NCBI GenBank assembly: GCA_963663035.1
Contig: OY760074.1
Location: 1,312,001-1,376,000 of the forward strand
Length of the DNA stretch: 64,000 nt
Origin: Acidobacteriota bacterium
GTDB taxonomy: Bacteria > Acidobacteriota > UBA6911 > RPQK01 > JADFOI01
Direction of reading: 5' to 3'
Part shown: piece by piece, positions 28,189-38,138 of the stretch
Position numbering within the stretch: position 1 is the stretch's first letter
Layout: each line of letters begins with the position of its first letter
Position numbers and translations under genes: made by a program
The notes under the pieces: generated by a model
Seen by the model: the letters and a program-made list of their open reading frames with translations, nothing else
What the model was told of the DNA's origin: nothing
Databases searched by the model: none

Positions 28189-29078
28189 GGATGCCTCACC
28201 AGAAAGTCACGAATCAGGATTCCAACGGGCTGGGGCAATGCTTCCAGGAGATAATGACCCGCCTCTGGAAATCGATGGACCTGGGCTTTCGGAAAACGTC
28301 TGATCCACTCCCTGAGAAAATCACCGTCGAAGATGAAATCCCTTTCTCCCCAGCAGATCATCATGGGAGTCTCCTGGAACCGATAGAGATTCTCCTGGGT
28401 CTCTTGCAGCAGTGTATAGGAGGGATCAGCGGAAGTCAGGGGAATGTCCTGGACAAACCGCAGCGTAGCGATCCTGTTTTGCGGAGAGTCGTAAGGGCTC
28501 CAATAAGCACGGCGAATCTCCTTCGGCATGGGAGGCCGGCAGCCCATATAGGCGGCAATGCGCGCAAAGGCGTTGAATCTCAAGATAAGAAAAGCTGCCA
28601 CTCGAGACTTCCTGCACAGGGAAAGCGACCAGTGAAGAGCTTTTCCCGGAGGCAGTAGGAATGCCGCTGTATTGAGCACGATGAGCCGCCCAATCCTGGA
28701 TGGGTGGCGGGCAGCATAGGTCATTCCGATGGCACCGCCCCAATCGTGCATGATCAACGTGATGTTGGAGTCGATTCCGATCTGATCCAGCAGTGCCTCC
28801 AGATCAGAGACCCGCTGTTGGAGTGTATACTCATACTCCTCACTGGAGGGTTTGTCAGAAAGCCCGCAACCCATGTGATCGGGCACCACCCGGCGATAGG
28901 AGTCCCCCAGAGATCGAACCAGTTCCCGATACATGAATGACCAGCTCGGGTTTCCGTGAAGCATCACCACGGGCTGGCCCTCTCCCTCGTCCAAGTAGTG
29001 ATATCGATAGCCATTACGGTTCAAGTAATGGGATTGAAAGTTGTAGAGGTGGTTGATTTGATCCACAGAAAAGCTCAT
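28185..29078 (-). CDS. oleB: OleB-like beta-lactone decarboxylase (haloalkane dehalogenase-like)
   Basis: HGNPSWS, PDHMGCGLSDKP, HDWGG, NTAAF, RFVQDIP, AGHY. Confidence 0.88.
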   Translation of the reverse strand: MSFSVDQINHLYNFQSHYLNRNGYRYHYLDEGEGQPVVMLHGNPSWSFMYRELVRSLGDSYRRVVPDHMGCGLSDKPSSEEYEYTLQQRVSDLEALLDQIGIDSNITLIMHDWGGAIGMTYAARHPSRIGRLIVLNTAAFLLPPGKALHWSLSLCRKSRVAAFLILRFNAFARIAAYMGCRPPMPKEIRRAYWSPYDSPQNRIATLRFVQDIPLTSADPSYTLLQETQENLYRFQETPMMICWGERDFIFDGDFLREWIRRFPKAQVHRFPEAGHYLLEALPQPVGILIRDFLVRHP

Positions 29079-29132
29079 CTGTGAGTCAGTCTTTGGGCAT
29101 AGAGGTGAGGGGGGCCACCTGGAACGAAGAGC

Positions 29133-30170
29133 TTAGTACTTAAAGGAGCCGACGACTGTACTCACACCAGCGCTTCCCATGAGCAAAAGCACCCTCATGC
29201 CTCGCACCAGCCTCCCTTCCGCCTCGGCCACGGCCATTGCCAGTGGGAGAGATGCCGCGACGGTGTTTCCAAACCGGGAGTGGGTTTCAAACACACGGCT
29301 CGGATCGAGATTCAATAGCTGCACCACTTTGGAAGTGGAGGCCACACTGACGGCATGGCCAATCACGATCTCATGCACTTTGCTGGCGATCGCCTGAGAT
29401 TCCTTAAAATGAGCCACCAGCTTTCTGACAGTAAAGGAGAGCAATTCCCCAGGAAGCGCGAAAAAGGACATGGGTTTGAGACCATCGCGGGCATTTAGGG
29501 GGGAAAAGTCTGCAGCATTGGGGAGAGGGATCTTGCACAGCCCGTGTTTGTCCCCCCAGGTCTTAAAGGAAAAAATGGAATCGTCTTCAGAACCATTGGA
29601 TTCCAAAAGGGTGGCCGTTGCGGCCTCGCCGATGGTGAAGGCCGAAAAAGCGGTTTCCATTTCCTTGATACTCTTGAACTCAAAGTTGGCGTATTCCCTG
29701 AAGCTGAATTCACAGTTCAAAATCATGACCAGCTTATAGGCCTTCTGGGCCAGGAAACTCTTGGCGATGGCCAGGCTTCGAATCCAGCTGGCACAGGCAT
29801 CCAAGACATCAAAACAGGTGGCGGATTTCAGTCCCAATTCACTTTGGAACAGGTTGGCGGTGGCCGGTTCCATCCATCCCCTGGCCACCCCGGCATAGAT
29901 GAGAAGATCCACATCCTCTGGATCGACCCCAGCCTTGTCGAGAGCTGCTTTGCCGGCTTTCACGGCGAAATCCACAGCTCTTTCTCCAATTCCCCGGTGG
30001 TAGCGGGTCACGGTTCCAGACATCTTGAAAAACTGCTTCATCCGCTCGGTGATGCGTTCCAGTTCTTCGGGAGAAAGGTGATCGCGGTTCTTTTCGATGA
30101 TCTCCTCAATCAATTTCTCGTTGGAGACCAACTTGCTGGGGAGAGCGTAGGAGATACTGAGAATTCTCAT
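29133..30170 (-). CDS. oleA: OleA-like/KAS III thiolase-fold condensing enzyme
   Basis: EPATA, FDVLDAC (Cys), HAVS (His), GNT (Asn); first gene of A-B-C-D cluster. Confidence 0.7.
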   Translation of the reverse strand: MRILSISYALPSKLVSNEKLIEEIIEKNRDHLSPEELERITERMKQFFKMSGTVTRYHRGIGERAVDFAVKAGKAALDKAGVDPEDVDLLIYAGVARGWMEPATANLFQSELGLKSATCFDVLDACASWIRSLAIAKSFLAQKAYKLVMILNCEFSFREYANFEFKSIKEMETAFSAFTIGEAATATLLESNGSEDDSIFSFKTWGDKHGLCKIPLPNAADFSPLNARDGLKPMSFFALPGELLSFTVRKLVAHFKESQAIASKVHEIVIGHAVSVASTSKVVQLLNLDPSRVFETHSRFGNTVAASLPLAMAVAEAEGRLVRGMRVLLLMGSAGVSTVVGSFKY

Positions 30171-30330
30171 TTTCTGTTTTTTGACTGTGCTTTTGCCTGG
30201 GGCATTTCCGCCACTGCAAAAGTACTCGCTCAGCTTGACCTTGTCAATAGGTCACAACTGAGACCATGCTGTATACTATCACGCCTTACTGTTAAATCAG
30301 GGGTAAAGATTTTCTCAAGGAGGAGGCAGA

Positions 30331-32880
30331 ATGAAAGACCGTTCTTTGGAACAATCCAACATCGATATCATTTCTCTCGATTTGGGAAGTTTCGTGAGCG
30401 GGGAGTTACCGGCTCAGATCATAGAGGTGGCCCGTCAAGCTCTTGACGGGAAGATCAGGGAAGGACAACTACGAGGAGGAGTCGTCTACGGATTTGGTCG
30501 AGATCTCCATATCCACGTGTCTACCTACAACGGAGACTTCCCGCCGGGTGATTCCCAGAACGGGGACCCTCTCACGGCAGTTGTCCAAACGGCCTTGGCG
30601 GCCGGCCTGGAAGCCCTGAAGGAAGCCCAGCAAATGGGCCTGGGTTCCCCTGAGGCAGAGAAAATTTCCAGCCTCCCTCCCCCAGAGCAGGCAGCAGCGC
30701 TGAACCTTCGCCGCCTGAATTACTCTTACACCGAAAGGGGTGCGGAGCCCATCTTCGTAGCCAAGGCGATCAATGGGAGCTGGGGCTTTTTTAACCGGGC
30801 CTTCTTTAACCTCTTTTTCAATCCCGACAAAGGCTCGGGACGCCGAATCGAAGGAAATGACTTTCTGGGCGTAGTTGAGTCGATCGAAGATCTGGAGAAT
30901 AACAAGCCCCAAGTGCGGACCTTCGAGTTTGGACCAGGCTATGTCAATGAAATGGTCGCTCTCATCGCCGATGCAGAGGAGTGGCGTCTGAGCCGCGTTT
31001 ATGCAGTACGGGGGAAATTCGGAGAAGGCAAGCTGTCGGATGAACCTGCTGCCGTCGTGGAGGGCAGTGTGGACCCGGTGTTCATTGGCCGATCTCAGTC
31101 CGGGCTCCCCGCTATTGGCGAATTCACACAGTCAGCGGGTGAGTTCTTCTTCGCTCCGGGTGGCGACGGCGGGCAGTACCGGGTGGGGCTCATGCCCGCT
31201 GATTTCCAAGAGGCAAGGACCATCACCTCCCTGCCCGGATCGGCGCGAGTGGTGGCCTACGCCTATCAATCCTATGACCATGGCCGCATTCCGGCGGAAG
31301 AGGATGTCGTGGATGTGTTTTCCCAAAACAGAGCGGAGACCTCCCGTGTGCAGCGGGATGCCGCAAGGTTGATCGAGCAGATGGTGAGCCATGAGAGGTT
31401 TGAACCTTACCTGAATCCCAAAGCGGCTGAGGAGTGTGCTGTCCAGGAGCTGGGCCGTCTGAAGGGTCGTTTTGAAGTCATTCCCGATGTGGACCCGCTC
31501 ATGGAAGCAGCCAACCAAAAGGCCCTCTTTACCCTGTCCGATATCAAGGCCGATAGTGGGGGCAAGGTTGGGCACACGACCCCTCCCAATCACTTCCGCG
31601 GAGTGGCTGAAGCCAGCCTGCAGGAGGCCAGAAAGCTGGGACTCATCCATGGCACCTCAGAACTCATCGAGGTTGGAGATGACGGTCACCTCCTGATGAG
31701 CCACGGGAAAGGAGCCGACAACAACGAGATCCATCTTTTCGCCTACCGCACCTTTTTCCGACAGGTCTGGGTGGCTGAGATTTTGAACTACAAGTGGTAC
31801 GGGCTGGGGCAGGACCTGGTGGGCGATGCGTCGGCCGGACGGACGACGGAAGAACTCGCCAATCTGACCGATGAGTTCATGGAGCTTCTGGAGGATACCC
31901 TGCCACCTGCGGAACTGAAGCAAATGGACCTCTTGAAAAAGGCCTACGGCGAATGGAAAAGCGGCGAGGGGCAAGGCCACAAGCCTCTTGAAGTTTTCTC
32001 CGGAAACGTGTCTGGACAGGGTCCTGGTTTTGCGGAGCTCCCCCTGATGGGCGCGGGTCAGATAGGGCTGCTGGCTATGGATAAAACGGGTCCATCCTCC
32101 TTTAATCTTCCCGTCTGGTGGAGCCTCAATCGAGCCCTGGGCGACACCACTCTGAAGACCTATTTGGAGAGAACGGGAGGCCAGGGAGTGGTCATCGAGA
32201 TCTGGGACGTGGAACACCACGAAAGGGTTTTTCTGGACGTGGAGACGGAAGCGCAGAGTATCGAAGAACTCCTGGGAGCTATTGAGAGATTTAATGTCAA
32301 GCGCATCTGGAGCAGAACGGCTGAAAAATGGGATCCAGGACGTGTTGGAGCATCTCTGGGAGAAGTCTTGCTGGCGGCCTCAACCGAAAAGCTGGCCGTC
32401 ATCACAGGCGGAGAGTATCGGGGCAAGGATGACCCCGTGCTGTTGGCCGTGGAGCCACTTGCTCAGGCGCTGAACCTCTTTATGCGGGACCGCTACTACC
32501 TGACTCAGGGAGACGGTCGGGGTTCCCACTACATGTTCCCGACACCACTGGCGTTCCAGGATGCAATTGCCACTATCAATAGCCGGGCCGTGGCCGTGGC
32601 AGCCTGCATCACAATTGACTCTTCTGGCGAGATCAGAGGTTTCCGCGACGTCTTCGCCGATCCCAGTTATGAGGCAGCGCGAGACCGCGCTTATGAGCTC
32701 AACAAGGCCATCTGGGACGCCCAAGGCGGCAACTTTATCCCGGTCGGGGTGGGAACCGCCAAGGTCGAGCAGTCCTATCCTCTGGCTCAGACTCTGAACC
32801 GAATCACTGCCGCTGATTCTGAGTTTGTTTCAAAGCGGACCCTTTCTCACGCTGCGCCTGAAGAACTCGTGGGAACGTAA
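30331..32880 (+). CDS. tandem-duplicated fructose-1,6-bisphosphate aldolase/phosphatase (FBPase class V)
   Basis: C-half: IKADSGG..GH, GDD, YGLGQDL, FSGNVSGQGPG, DKT, YRGKDDP, RGSHY; N-half is a degenerate copy (ERGAEPI, DPVFIGRSQSGLPAIGE). Confidence 0.8.
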   Translation: MKDRSLEQSNIDIISLDLGSFVSGELPAQIIEVARQALDGKIREGQLRGGVVYGFGRDLHIHVSTYNGDFPPGDSQNGDPLTAVVQTALAAGLEALKEAQQMGLGSPEAEKISSLPPPEQAAALNLRRLNYSYTERGAEPIFVAKAINGSWGFFNRAFFNLFFNPDKGSGRRIEGNDFLGVVESIEDLENNKPQVRTFEFGPGYVNEMVALIADAEEWRLSRVYAVRGKFGEGKLSDEPAAVVEGSVDPVFIGRSQSGLPAIGEFTQSAGEFFFAPGGDGGQYRVGLMPADFQEARTITSLPGSARVVAYAYQSYDHGRIPAEEDVVDVFSQNRAETSRVQRDAARLIEQMVSHERFEPYLNPKAAEECAVQELGRLKGRFEVIPDVDPLMEAANQKALFTLSDIKADSGGKVGHTTPPNHFRGVAEASLQEARKLGLIHGTSELIEVGDDGHLLMSHGKGADNNEIHLFAYRTFFRQVWVAEILNYKWYGLGQDLVGDASAGRTTEELANLTDEFMELLEDTLPPAELKQMDLLKKAYGEWKSGEGQGHKPLEVFSGNVSGQGPGFAELPLMGAGQIGLLAMDKTGPSSFNLPVWWSLNRALGDTTLKTYLERTGGQGVVIEIWDVEHHERVFLDVETEAQSIEELLGAIERFNVKRIWSRTAEKWDPGRVGASLGEVLLAASTEKLAVITGGEYRGKDDPVLLAVEPLAQALNLFMRDRYYLTQGDGRGSHYMFPTPLAFQDAIATINSRAVAVAACITIDSSGEIRGFRDVFADPSYEAARDRAYELNKAIWDAQGGNFIPVGVGTAKVEQSYPLAQTLNRITAADSEFVSKRTLSHAAPEELVGT

Positions 32881-32905
32881 CATCGTTACCCAGGAGAAGA
32901 ATCTT

Positions 32906-35653
32906 ATGAATACGGCCACTGACCTCAGCCGCTCCGACGCCCTCAAATATGTCTATCTTTTCAACCAGGTTGATGAGGTGGAAAAAAAAGTAGGTGGCGA
33001 CTGGGAGAAAGTGCGCTCTCTGCTGGGTGGTAAGGGTGCAGGCCTGGCAGATATGACCCGACTGGGCGTTTCGGTCTGCCCGGGTTTTACCGTCACCACG
33101 GAGGCGTGCACCCTCTATCTGTCTGGAAACGGGTTCCCCAAGGAAGTATGGGAGCAAGAACTGGCAGCTGTGGGGGCCATTGAGGAGGCCACCGGAAAAA
33201 AGTTTGGCGACCCCAGCAACCCGCTGCTGGTTTCCTGTCGCTCAGGTGCCAAGTTCTCCATGCCGGGAATGATGGATACTGTGCTCAACATTGGCTTGAA
33301 CGATGAGGTCGCGGAAAAGTGGGTGGAGCGAGGGGCTGACGCGCGTTTCGTCTATGACTCCTATCGAAGGTTGGTTCAAATGTTCGGCAGCGTGGTGTTG
33401 GACGTTCCCGACGAGTATTTCGAAGCCGTTATCACCGAGTGCCGAAAAGGCGCTGGAGTCACTAGCGACTCCGAACTTTCAGCTCAGAATTGGGGAGATG
33501 CAATCAAAGAGTTCAAGGAGATTGTGAAGAGCTCCACAGGAAATGACTTCCCCACTGACCCCTATCAACAACTGAAGCTGGCAACAGAAGCGGTCTTTCG
33601 GTCCTGGGACGGGAAGCGGGCCATTGCCTATCGCAAGGCAGCTGGCATTCCACATGATCTGGGTACAGCCGTCAATATCCAGACCATGGTCTTTGGCAAC
33701 ATGGGTGAGGACAGCGCCACAGGTGTGGCCATGTCACGCAACGCCTCCAACGGAGAACCCGAGCTTGAAGGGGATTTTCTGATCAACGCACAGGGGGAAG
33801 ACGTAGTGGCAGGTATTCGTCACACCCAGCCCCTGAGCGACCTCAAAAAGCAGATGCCGGAGATGTATGCCGAATTTGAGGAGATCACCCGGAAACTGGA
33901 GAAGCACTACCGCAACATGCAGGATATGGAGTTCACCATTGAAAATCAAAAATTGTGGATTCTGCAGACGCGGGATGGAAAGCGCACCGCCCAGGCCGAG
34001 GTGCGTATCGCGGTGGACATGGTCGAGGAAGGACTCATCAGCAGGAAAGAGGCGGTAGGGCGGGTCCAGCCGGCCCAGGTAGACATCTTCATGCACCCGC
34101 AGTTTGACGCCGCTACCCGTCAAAAGGGCCAGCTCATCGCGCGGGGTCTGAACGTCTCCCCGGGAGCAGCAGTGGGTGTCGTCGCCTTTGACGCCGATAC
34201 AGCCGAAGATTGGGCTGCGAACAAGGGAAAAGATGTCATAATGGTTCGGCCCGAGACCAAACCCGACGATGTGCATGGCATGCTGGCCTCCAAAGGCATT
34301 CTCACCAGCCGAGGCGGCCGTACCAGCCACGCTGCGCTGGTTGCGCGGCAGTTCGGCACACCGGCCGTGGTGGGTGTCAGCGAGTTGGAGATCGATCTTG
34401 ACGCTCGCCAAATGCGCATCGGCGATGAACTCGTGGTGAAAGAGGGAGAGTGGATTTCACTGGACGGGGGCTCAGGCGAAGTTTTCCTGGACAAATTACC
34501 CACCGTTGTTCCCGACTTCAGCAATCCTTATCTCCTGAAAATTCTCGAATGGGCGGATGAAATTCGCACCCTCCAGGTCTGGACCAACGCCGATTACCCT
34601 GGTGACGCCGAGCGAGCTCGTGAATACGGTGCCCAGGGTATCGGTTTGTGTCGAACCGAGCACATGTTCTTCGAGACCAGCCGCCTGCCCATTGTTCAGC
34701 GCATGATCATGGCCACGGACCCGGCCGAGAGACAGGAAGCTATTGACAAGCTGCTGCCGATGCAGCGAGAGGATTTCGAAGGCCTGTTCAAGGCCATGGA
34801 CGGAGCTCCGGTGGTTATCCGACTGCTGGATCCGCCGCTGCACGAATTTTTGCCCTCCTATGAGGAGTTGGTTCAAGACCTGGCGGAGTTGAAGGCTCAG
34901 GTCAAGTACCTGAAGAGCGGCAGCGAGAAGGACAATGCCCTCTCTGAAATTCAGAGTAAATCCGCCTACCTGGAGAGGGTGCAGGCGCTCCGAGAAATGA
35001 ATCCGATGCTGGGTACACGCGGAGTCCGCCTGGGCATCCTCATTCCCGAGCTGACCAAAATGCAGGTTCGAGCCATCTTTGAAGCTGCTTGCAAATGTTC
35101 CCAGGCGGGGATCAAGGTCCAACCGGAAGTCATGATTCCCCTGACCTCTCACGTAAACGAACTGCGGGTCCAGCAAACGGGACTGGAAAGCGTGGCCAAA
35201 GAGGTCATGGCAGAACAAGGCGCCCAAATCCAATACAAGTTCGGCACCATGATCGAGATCCCGCGAGCCGCACTCACGGCCGATGAGATGGCCGAGGTCG
35301 CTGAGTTTTTCTCCTTTGGTACCAATGACCTGACTCAGACTGTTTTTGGCATCTCCCGTGATGATGCCGAGTCCGGCTTCCTGGTGCACTACATCCAGGA
35401 AGGGATTCTGCCCGAGAACCCATTTGCCACCCTGGATGTCGGGGGTGTCGGAAAGTTAATGGAGATGGCCGTCCAGCTGGGTCGAAAGATCAAGCCTGAA
35501 CTGGAGATTGGTATCTGCGGTGAGCATGGTGGAGATCCGGCAAGCATCGCCTTGTGCCACCGGCTTGGTTTTAATTACGTCTCCTGTTCGCCCTTTCGGG
35601 TCCCCATTGCCCGCCTGGCAGCCGCCCACGCCGCACTTGCGGACAAAGAGTGA
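32906..35653 (+). CDS. ppdK: pyruvate phosphate dikinase
   Basis: LLGGKGAGL, SMPGMMDT, GGRTSHAA (phospho-His), GLCRTEHMF, SFGTNDLTQ, GICGEHGG; AGGAG before ATG 32906. Confidence 0.97.
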   Translation: MNTATDLSRSDALKYVYLFNQVDEVEKKVGGDWEKVRSLLGGKGAGLADMTRLGVSVCPGFTVTTEACTLYLSGNGFPKEVWEQELAAVGAIEEATGKKFGDPSNPLLVSCRSGAKFSMPGMMDTVLNIGLNDEVAEKWVERGADARFVYDSYRRLVQMFGSVVLDVPDEYFEAVITECRKGAGVTSDSELSAQNWGDAIKEFKEIVKSSTGNDFPTDPYQQLKLATEAVFRSWDGKRAIAYRKAAGIPHDLGTAVNIQTMVFGNMGEDSATGVAMSRNASNGEPELEGDFLINAQGEDVVAGIRHTQPLSDLKKQMPEMYAEFEEITRKLEKHYRNMQDMEFTIENQKLWILQTRDGKRTAQAEVRIAVDMVEEGLISRKEAVGRVQPAQVDIFMHPQFDAATRQKGQLIARGLNVSPGAAVGVVAFDADTAEDWAANKGKDVIMVRPETKPDDVHGMLASKGILTSRGGRTSHAALVARQFGTPAVVGVSELEIDLDARQMRIGDELVVKEGEWISLDGGSGEVFLDKLPTVVPDFSNPYLLKILEWADEIRTLQVWTNADYPGDAERAREYGAQGIGLCRTEHMFFETSRLPIVQRMIMATDPAERQEAIDKLLPMQREDFEGLFKAMDGAPVVIRLLDPPLHEFLPSYEELVQDLAELKAQVKYLKSGSEKDNALSEIQSKSAYLERVQALREMNPMLGTRGVRLGILIPELTKMQVRAIFEAACKCSQAGIKVQPEVMIPLTSHVNELRVQQTGLESVAKEVMAEQGAQIQYKFGTMIEIPRAALTADEMAEVAEFFSFGTNDLTQTVFGISRDDAESGFLVHYIQEGILPENPFATLDVGGVGKLMEMAVQLGRKIKPELEIGICGEHGGDPASIALCHRLGFNYVSCSPFRVPIARLAAAHAALADKE

Positions 35654-35667
35654 CTTCGTCCAATGTT

Positions 35668-35723
35668 CGCGGCCTGAGGCCGCTCCCACATTCTCGGAAC
35701 GTGGGAGGCACCTCAGGTGCCGA
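35668..35723. repeat. inverted GTGG-type REP doublet
   Basis: CGCGGCCTGAGGCCGCTCCCAC and GTGGGAGGCACCTCAGGTGCCGA; 19 bp of the latter recur at 18275. Confidence 0.65.
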
Positions 35724-35738
35724 ATCCGAAAAACAAAG

Positions 35739-36413
35739 TCAGGGTAAGACTGCCTGGAAGCGCTGGGCAACAAAGGGGAATTTTGGCACCTTGTGGTCAA
35801 ACAGAATGACTTGCGGGTCAACATCCTGCCCGTAAAACTTTCGGATAGCGGTCTCATCCGCCCTCAAGCTGGCCCCGGCCAGGGAAATACCGGCAAAAAG
35901 TCCTTTGGATCTGGCATAAGCGAAAATTTCCGCCTGGAAGGTGATATCCGTATCCGCTTCTACGGTTCTTCCCACCGGACCGGCGGCCACACTGGCGTCT
36001 GCACCCAGCGTGAAGCTGCTCTCCAACAAACCCTTGGCGCTTTTTTCAGTCATCAGGAACAGGACCAGGTCGGAAGCCTGCGCGCCGATTTGAAAGCCGA
36101 AACTGCCTCCCGTCAATTTGACAAAAGAGGGCGGACTCCAACTTCCCTTCTCATCTTTACAACTGGCGATCCCATTCCCACTGCGCCCCCCAAAACCAAA
36201 GGCGGCCTTCACAACGTGAGGAATCACCACGATGCACTGGCATCTCTCCAAAAGGTATTCTGGAACACCGCTGTCCGACGCATTAATCAGCTCCTTGTAC
36301 ACCTCGGTTGAGTTCTCGACCCGGTCGACGAACTTATCCCCTAATAGAGACGGGGTCAGAGCAGTTGCCAGCAGAAAAAGAAAACTGACGGTGGCGAATC
36401 TGTTGTTTTTCAT
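35739..36413 (-). CDS. lipid-binding SYLF (Ysc84) domain protein
   Basis: IPHVVKAAFGFGG, GGSFGFQIG, AAGPVGR, SKGLFAGISL; signal peptide from MKNNRF. Confidence 0.9.
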   Translation of the reverse strand: MKNNRFATVSFLFLLATALTPSLLGDKFVDRVENSTEVYKELINASDSGVPEYLLERCQCIVVIPHVVKAAFGFGGRSGNGIASCKDEKGSWSPPSFVKLTGGSFGFQIGAQASDLVLFLMTEKSAKGLLESSFTLGADASVAAGPVGRTVEADTDITFQAEIFAYARSKGLFAGISLAGASLRADETAIRKFYGQDVDPQVILFDHKVPKFPFVAQRFQAVLP

Positions 36414-36439
36414 ATCGATTACCAGTATAGCGCACAGTC

Positions 36440-37228
36440 TCATCCGGTGAGCCAGAGCCTCAACGCGAACAGGAGTATCGTTACCGTGACGACTCCTTTG
36501 ACCCAGCGGTGGCCCTTTTTTATCGTAAGCTTCACGCCTACAAGTCCTCCCAGGATCGTGCCAGCCCCTAAGCTCAATCCCAAAGGCCAGTGGACCCTCC
36601 CCTGCCAGGCAAAGATTCCCAGGGCAACCGCACCGAAGCATAGTGCACTGAGCACCTTGACAGCATTGCCCCGCACCAGATCCAGACCCGCTAGAGTGGT
36701 GACGGCAAGAAGCAGGAATCCCACACCCGCCTGGACGAAGCCTCCATAAATTCCCACCAGGAAGAACCCCACCCCTAAGATCGCCGCTTCATTGGGCCTG
36801 GCGGAAAAATCTGCAGTGGAGTGCATCGACTTGAGAGGGTCCCATAGGGTCCACAGAGTCACGGCAACCATCAGGAGAGCCAGGATCTTTTGAAAGTCTT
36901 GATCACTCACCCACAGAGCGGTCCAGGCTCCCAGGACTGCGCCACAACTGGCAGGCAAAGCCGCCCAAAGCAGGTAGCGCCTTCGCATGATTCCATGGCG
37001 GTGGAAACTCCACACGGCTCCCACATTTTGAAAAACAACCCCCACCCGGTTGGTCCCGTTGGCCACCGAGGGTGGTATCCCCAGGAAAATCATGACGGGA
37101 AGGGTCAGGAAGGACCCTCCACCGGCGATCACATTCAACGTGCCCGCTACACAACCCACACAGAAAAGTAAGAGATAACCGCTCAAGTCAACCATGAGAT
37201 TCTTAACAGATTCCGAAACCCGAGCCAT
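36440..37228 (-). CDS. TSUP (TauE/SafE) family permease
   Basis: IAGGGSFLTLP, ANGTNR, YGGFVQAGVG; about 8 TM segments. Confidence 0.88.
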   Translation of the reverse strand: MARVSESVKNLMVDLSGYLLLFCVGCVAGTLNVIAGGGSFLTLPVMIFLGIPPSVANGTNRVGVVFQNVGAVWSFHRHGIMRRRYLLWAALPASCGAVLGAWTALWVSDQDFQKILALLMVAVTLWTLWDPLKSMHSTADFSARPNEAAILGVGFFLVGIYGGFVQAGVGFLLLAVTTLAGLDLVRGNAVKVLSALCFGAVALGIFAWQGRVHWPLGLSLGAGTILGGLVGVKLTIKKGHRWVKGVVTVTILLFALRLWLTG

Positions 37229-37242
37229 TGTAACTGAAACAA

Positions 37243-37500
37243 GCCCGGGTTAGGCAAAGGTTCTCGTCACGAAGTGGCGAAAACGCCGGAAAACAGAGCC
37301 GCAGGCTTTAGCCCACGGGCCCGCAGGCTAAAGCCTGCGGGCCCGACTGGCGCGCGAGGGGTACCCGCCACGGGTCGGCCCCCGCAAACGTACTCTTGAG
37401 TACGTTGAGGAGGCCGAGGGGTACCCGCTTGCGGGTCGCGGAACGCTGGCAGGGCGGATGGTTTCGCCGCTGCAGTAGAGAATTTTTGCCTAATCAGGGC
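37243..37500. repeat. palindromic intergenic element copy D (REP doublet, duplicated core)
   Basis: TIR GCCCGGGTTAGGCAAA/TTTGCCTAATCAGGGC; two GAGGGGTACCCGC cores. Confidence 0.75.
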
Positions 37501-37522
37501 AAAAGAAGCGATCCGATTTGCT

Positions 37523-38026
37523 ATGATTAAGACCGGTATCGAAAGGAGCTCGCGAATGTCAAAGGACCTAGGAACGACTTTACCGACAGACCTTCTGGAT
37601 TTTCTCTCGAGTAGCGAGCCCGCCTCCAAATTCCAAGAGGTGATCCTTTTTAGCACCGTGGACGAGGACGGTTGGCCCCGCCACGGCTTACTCAGTCCTC
37701 GGGAAGTGGTTGCCAAGGATCCTTCCCGGCTTCTCTTACTCTTGTACAGCAACTCTCGGGGCACTGCCAATGTGGAGCGGGAAGGTAAGATTTCCCTTGT
37801 CCTGGTGAATCCCAATATGAGCTATTATGTGTTCTGCAGCGCTCAGTCTCTCCCCCCCATGGCAGAGGCACCCACCGAGACACTCTTTGAGCTCAAAGTG
37901 GAAAGGGTTTTAGAAGATTCCCTGGCCACCGCCCGCATCTTGACGGGAATCACTTTTGAAGGCTATGACCCGGGCATGACCCAGGAGAATCGCGAGCTGG
38001 TCTTTCAACAGCTTTTGGATAAGTGA
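37523..38026 (+). CDS. pyridoxamine 5'-phosphate oxidase-like FMN-binding split barrel protein
   Basis: STVDEDGWP..LLS..EV, SRGTANVEREG. Confidence 0.75.
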   Translation: MIKTGIERSSRMSKDLGTTLPTDLLDFLSSSEPASKFQEVILFSTVDEDGWPRHGLLSPREVVAKDPSRLLLLLYSNSRGTANVEREGKISLVLVNPNMSYYVFCSAQSLPPMAEAPTETLFELKVERVLEDSLATARILTGITFEGYDPGMTQENRELVFQQLLDK

Positions 38027-38137
38027 GGAGGCAGGAGGTAGGAGTCAGGAGGCAGGAGGTAGGAGTCAGGAGGTAGGAGTCAGGAGGCAGGAGGTAGGAG
38101 TCAGGAGGTAGGAGTCAGGAGGCAGGAGATAGGAATT
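38026..38137 (+). repeat. 16 tandem heptamers AGGAG(GC/GT/TC)
   Basis: Fills the whole intergenic spacer; last two units degenerate (AGGAGAT, AGGAATT). Confidence 0.95.
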
Positions 38138-38138
38138 A

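Noticed and set aside
34496-35389. Long antisense ORFs (also 29544-30446, 55392-56096, 57223-57927)
   Set aside because: Shadow frames of well-supported genes in GC-rich DNA
38026-38137. Possible CRISPR array
   Set aside because: 7-bp tandem units without unique spacers; no cas genes
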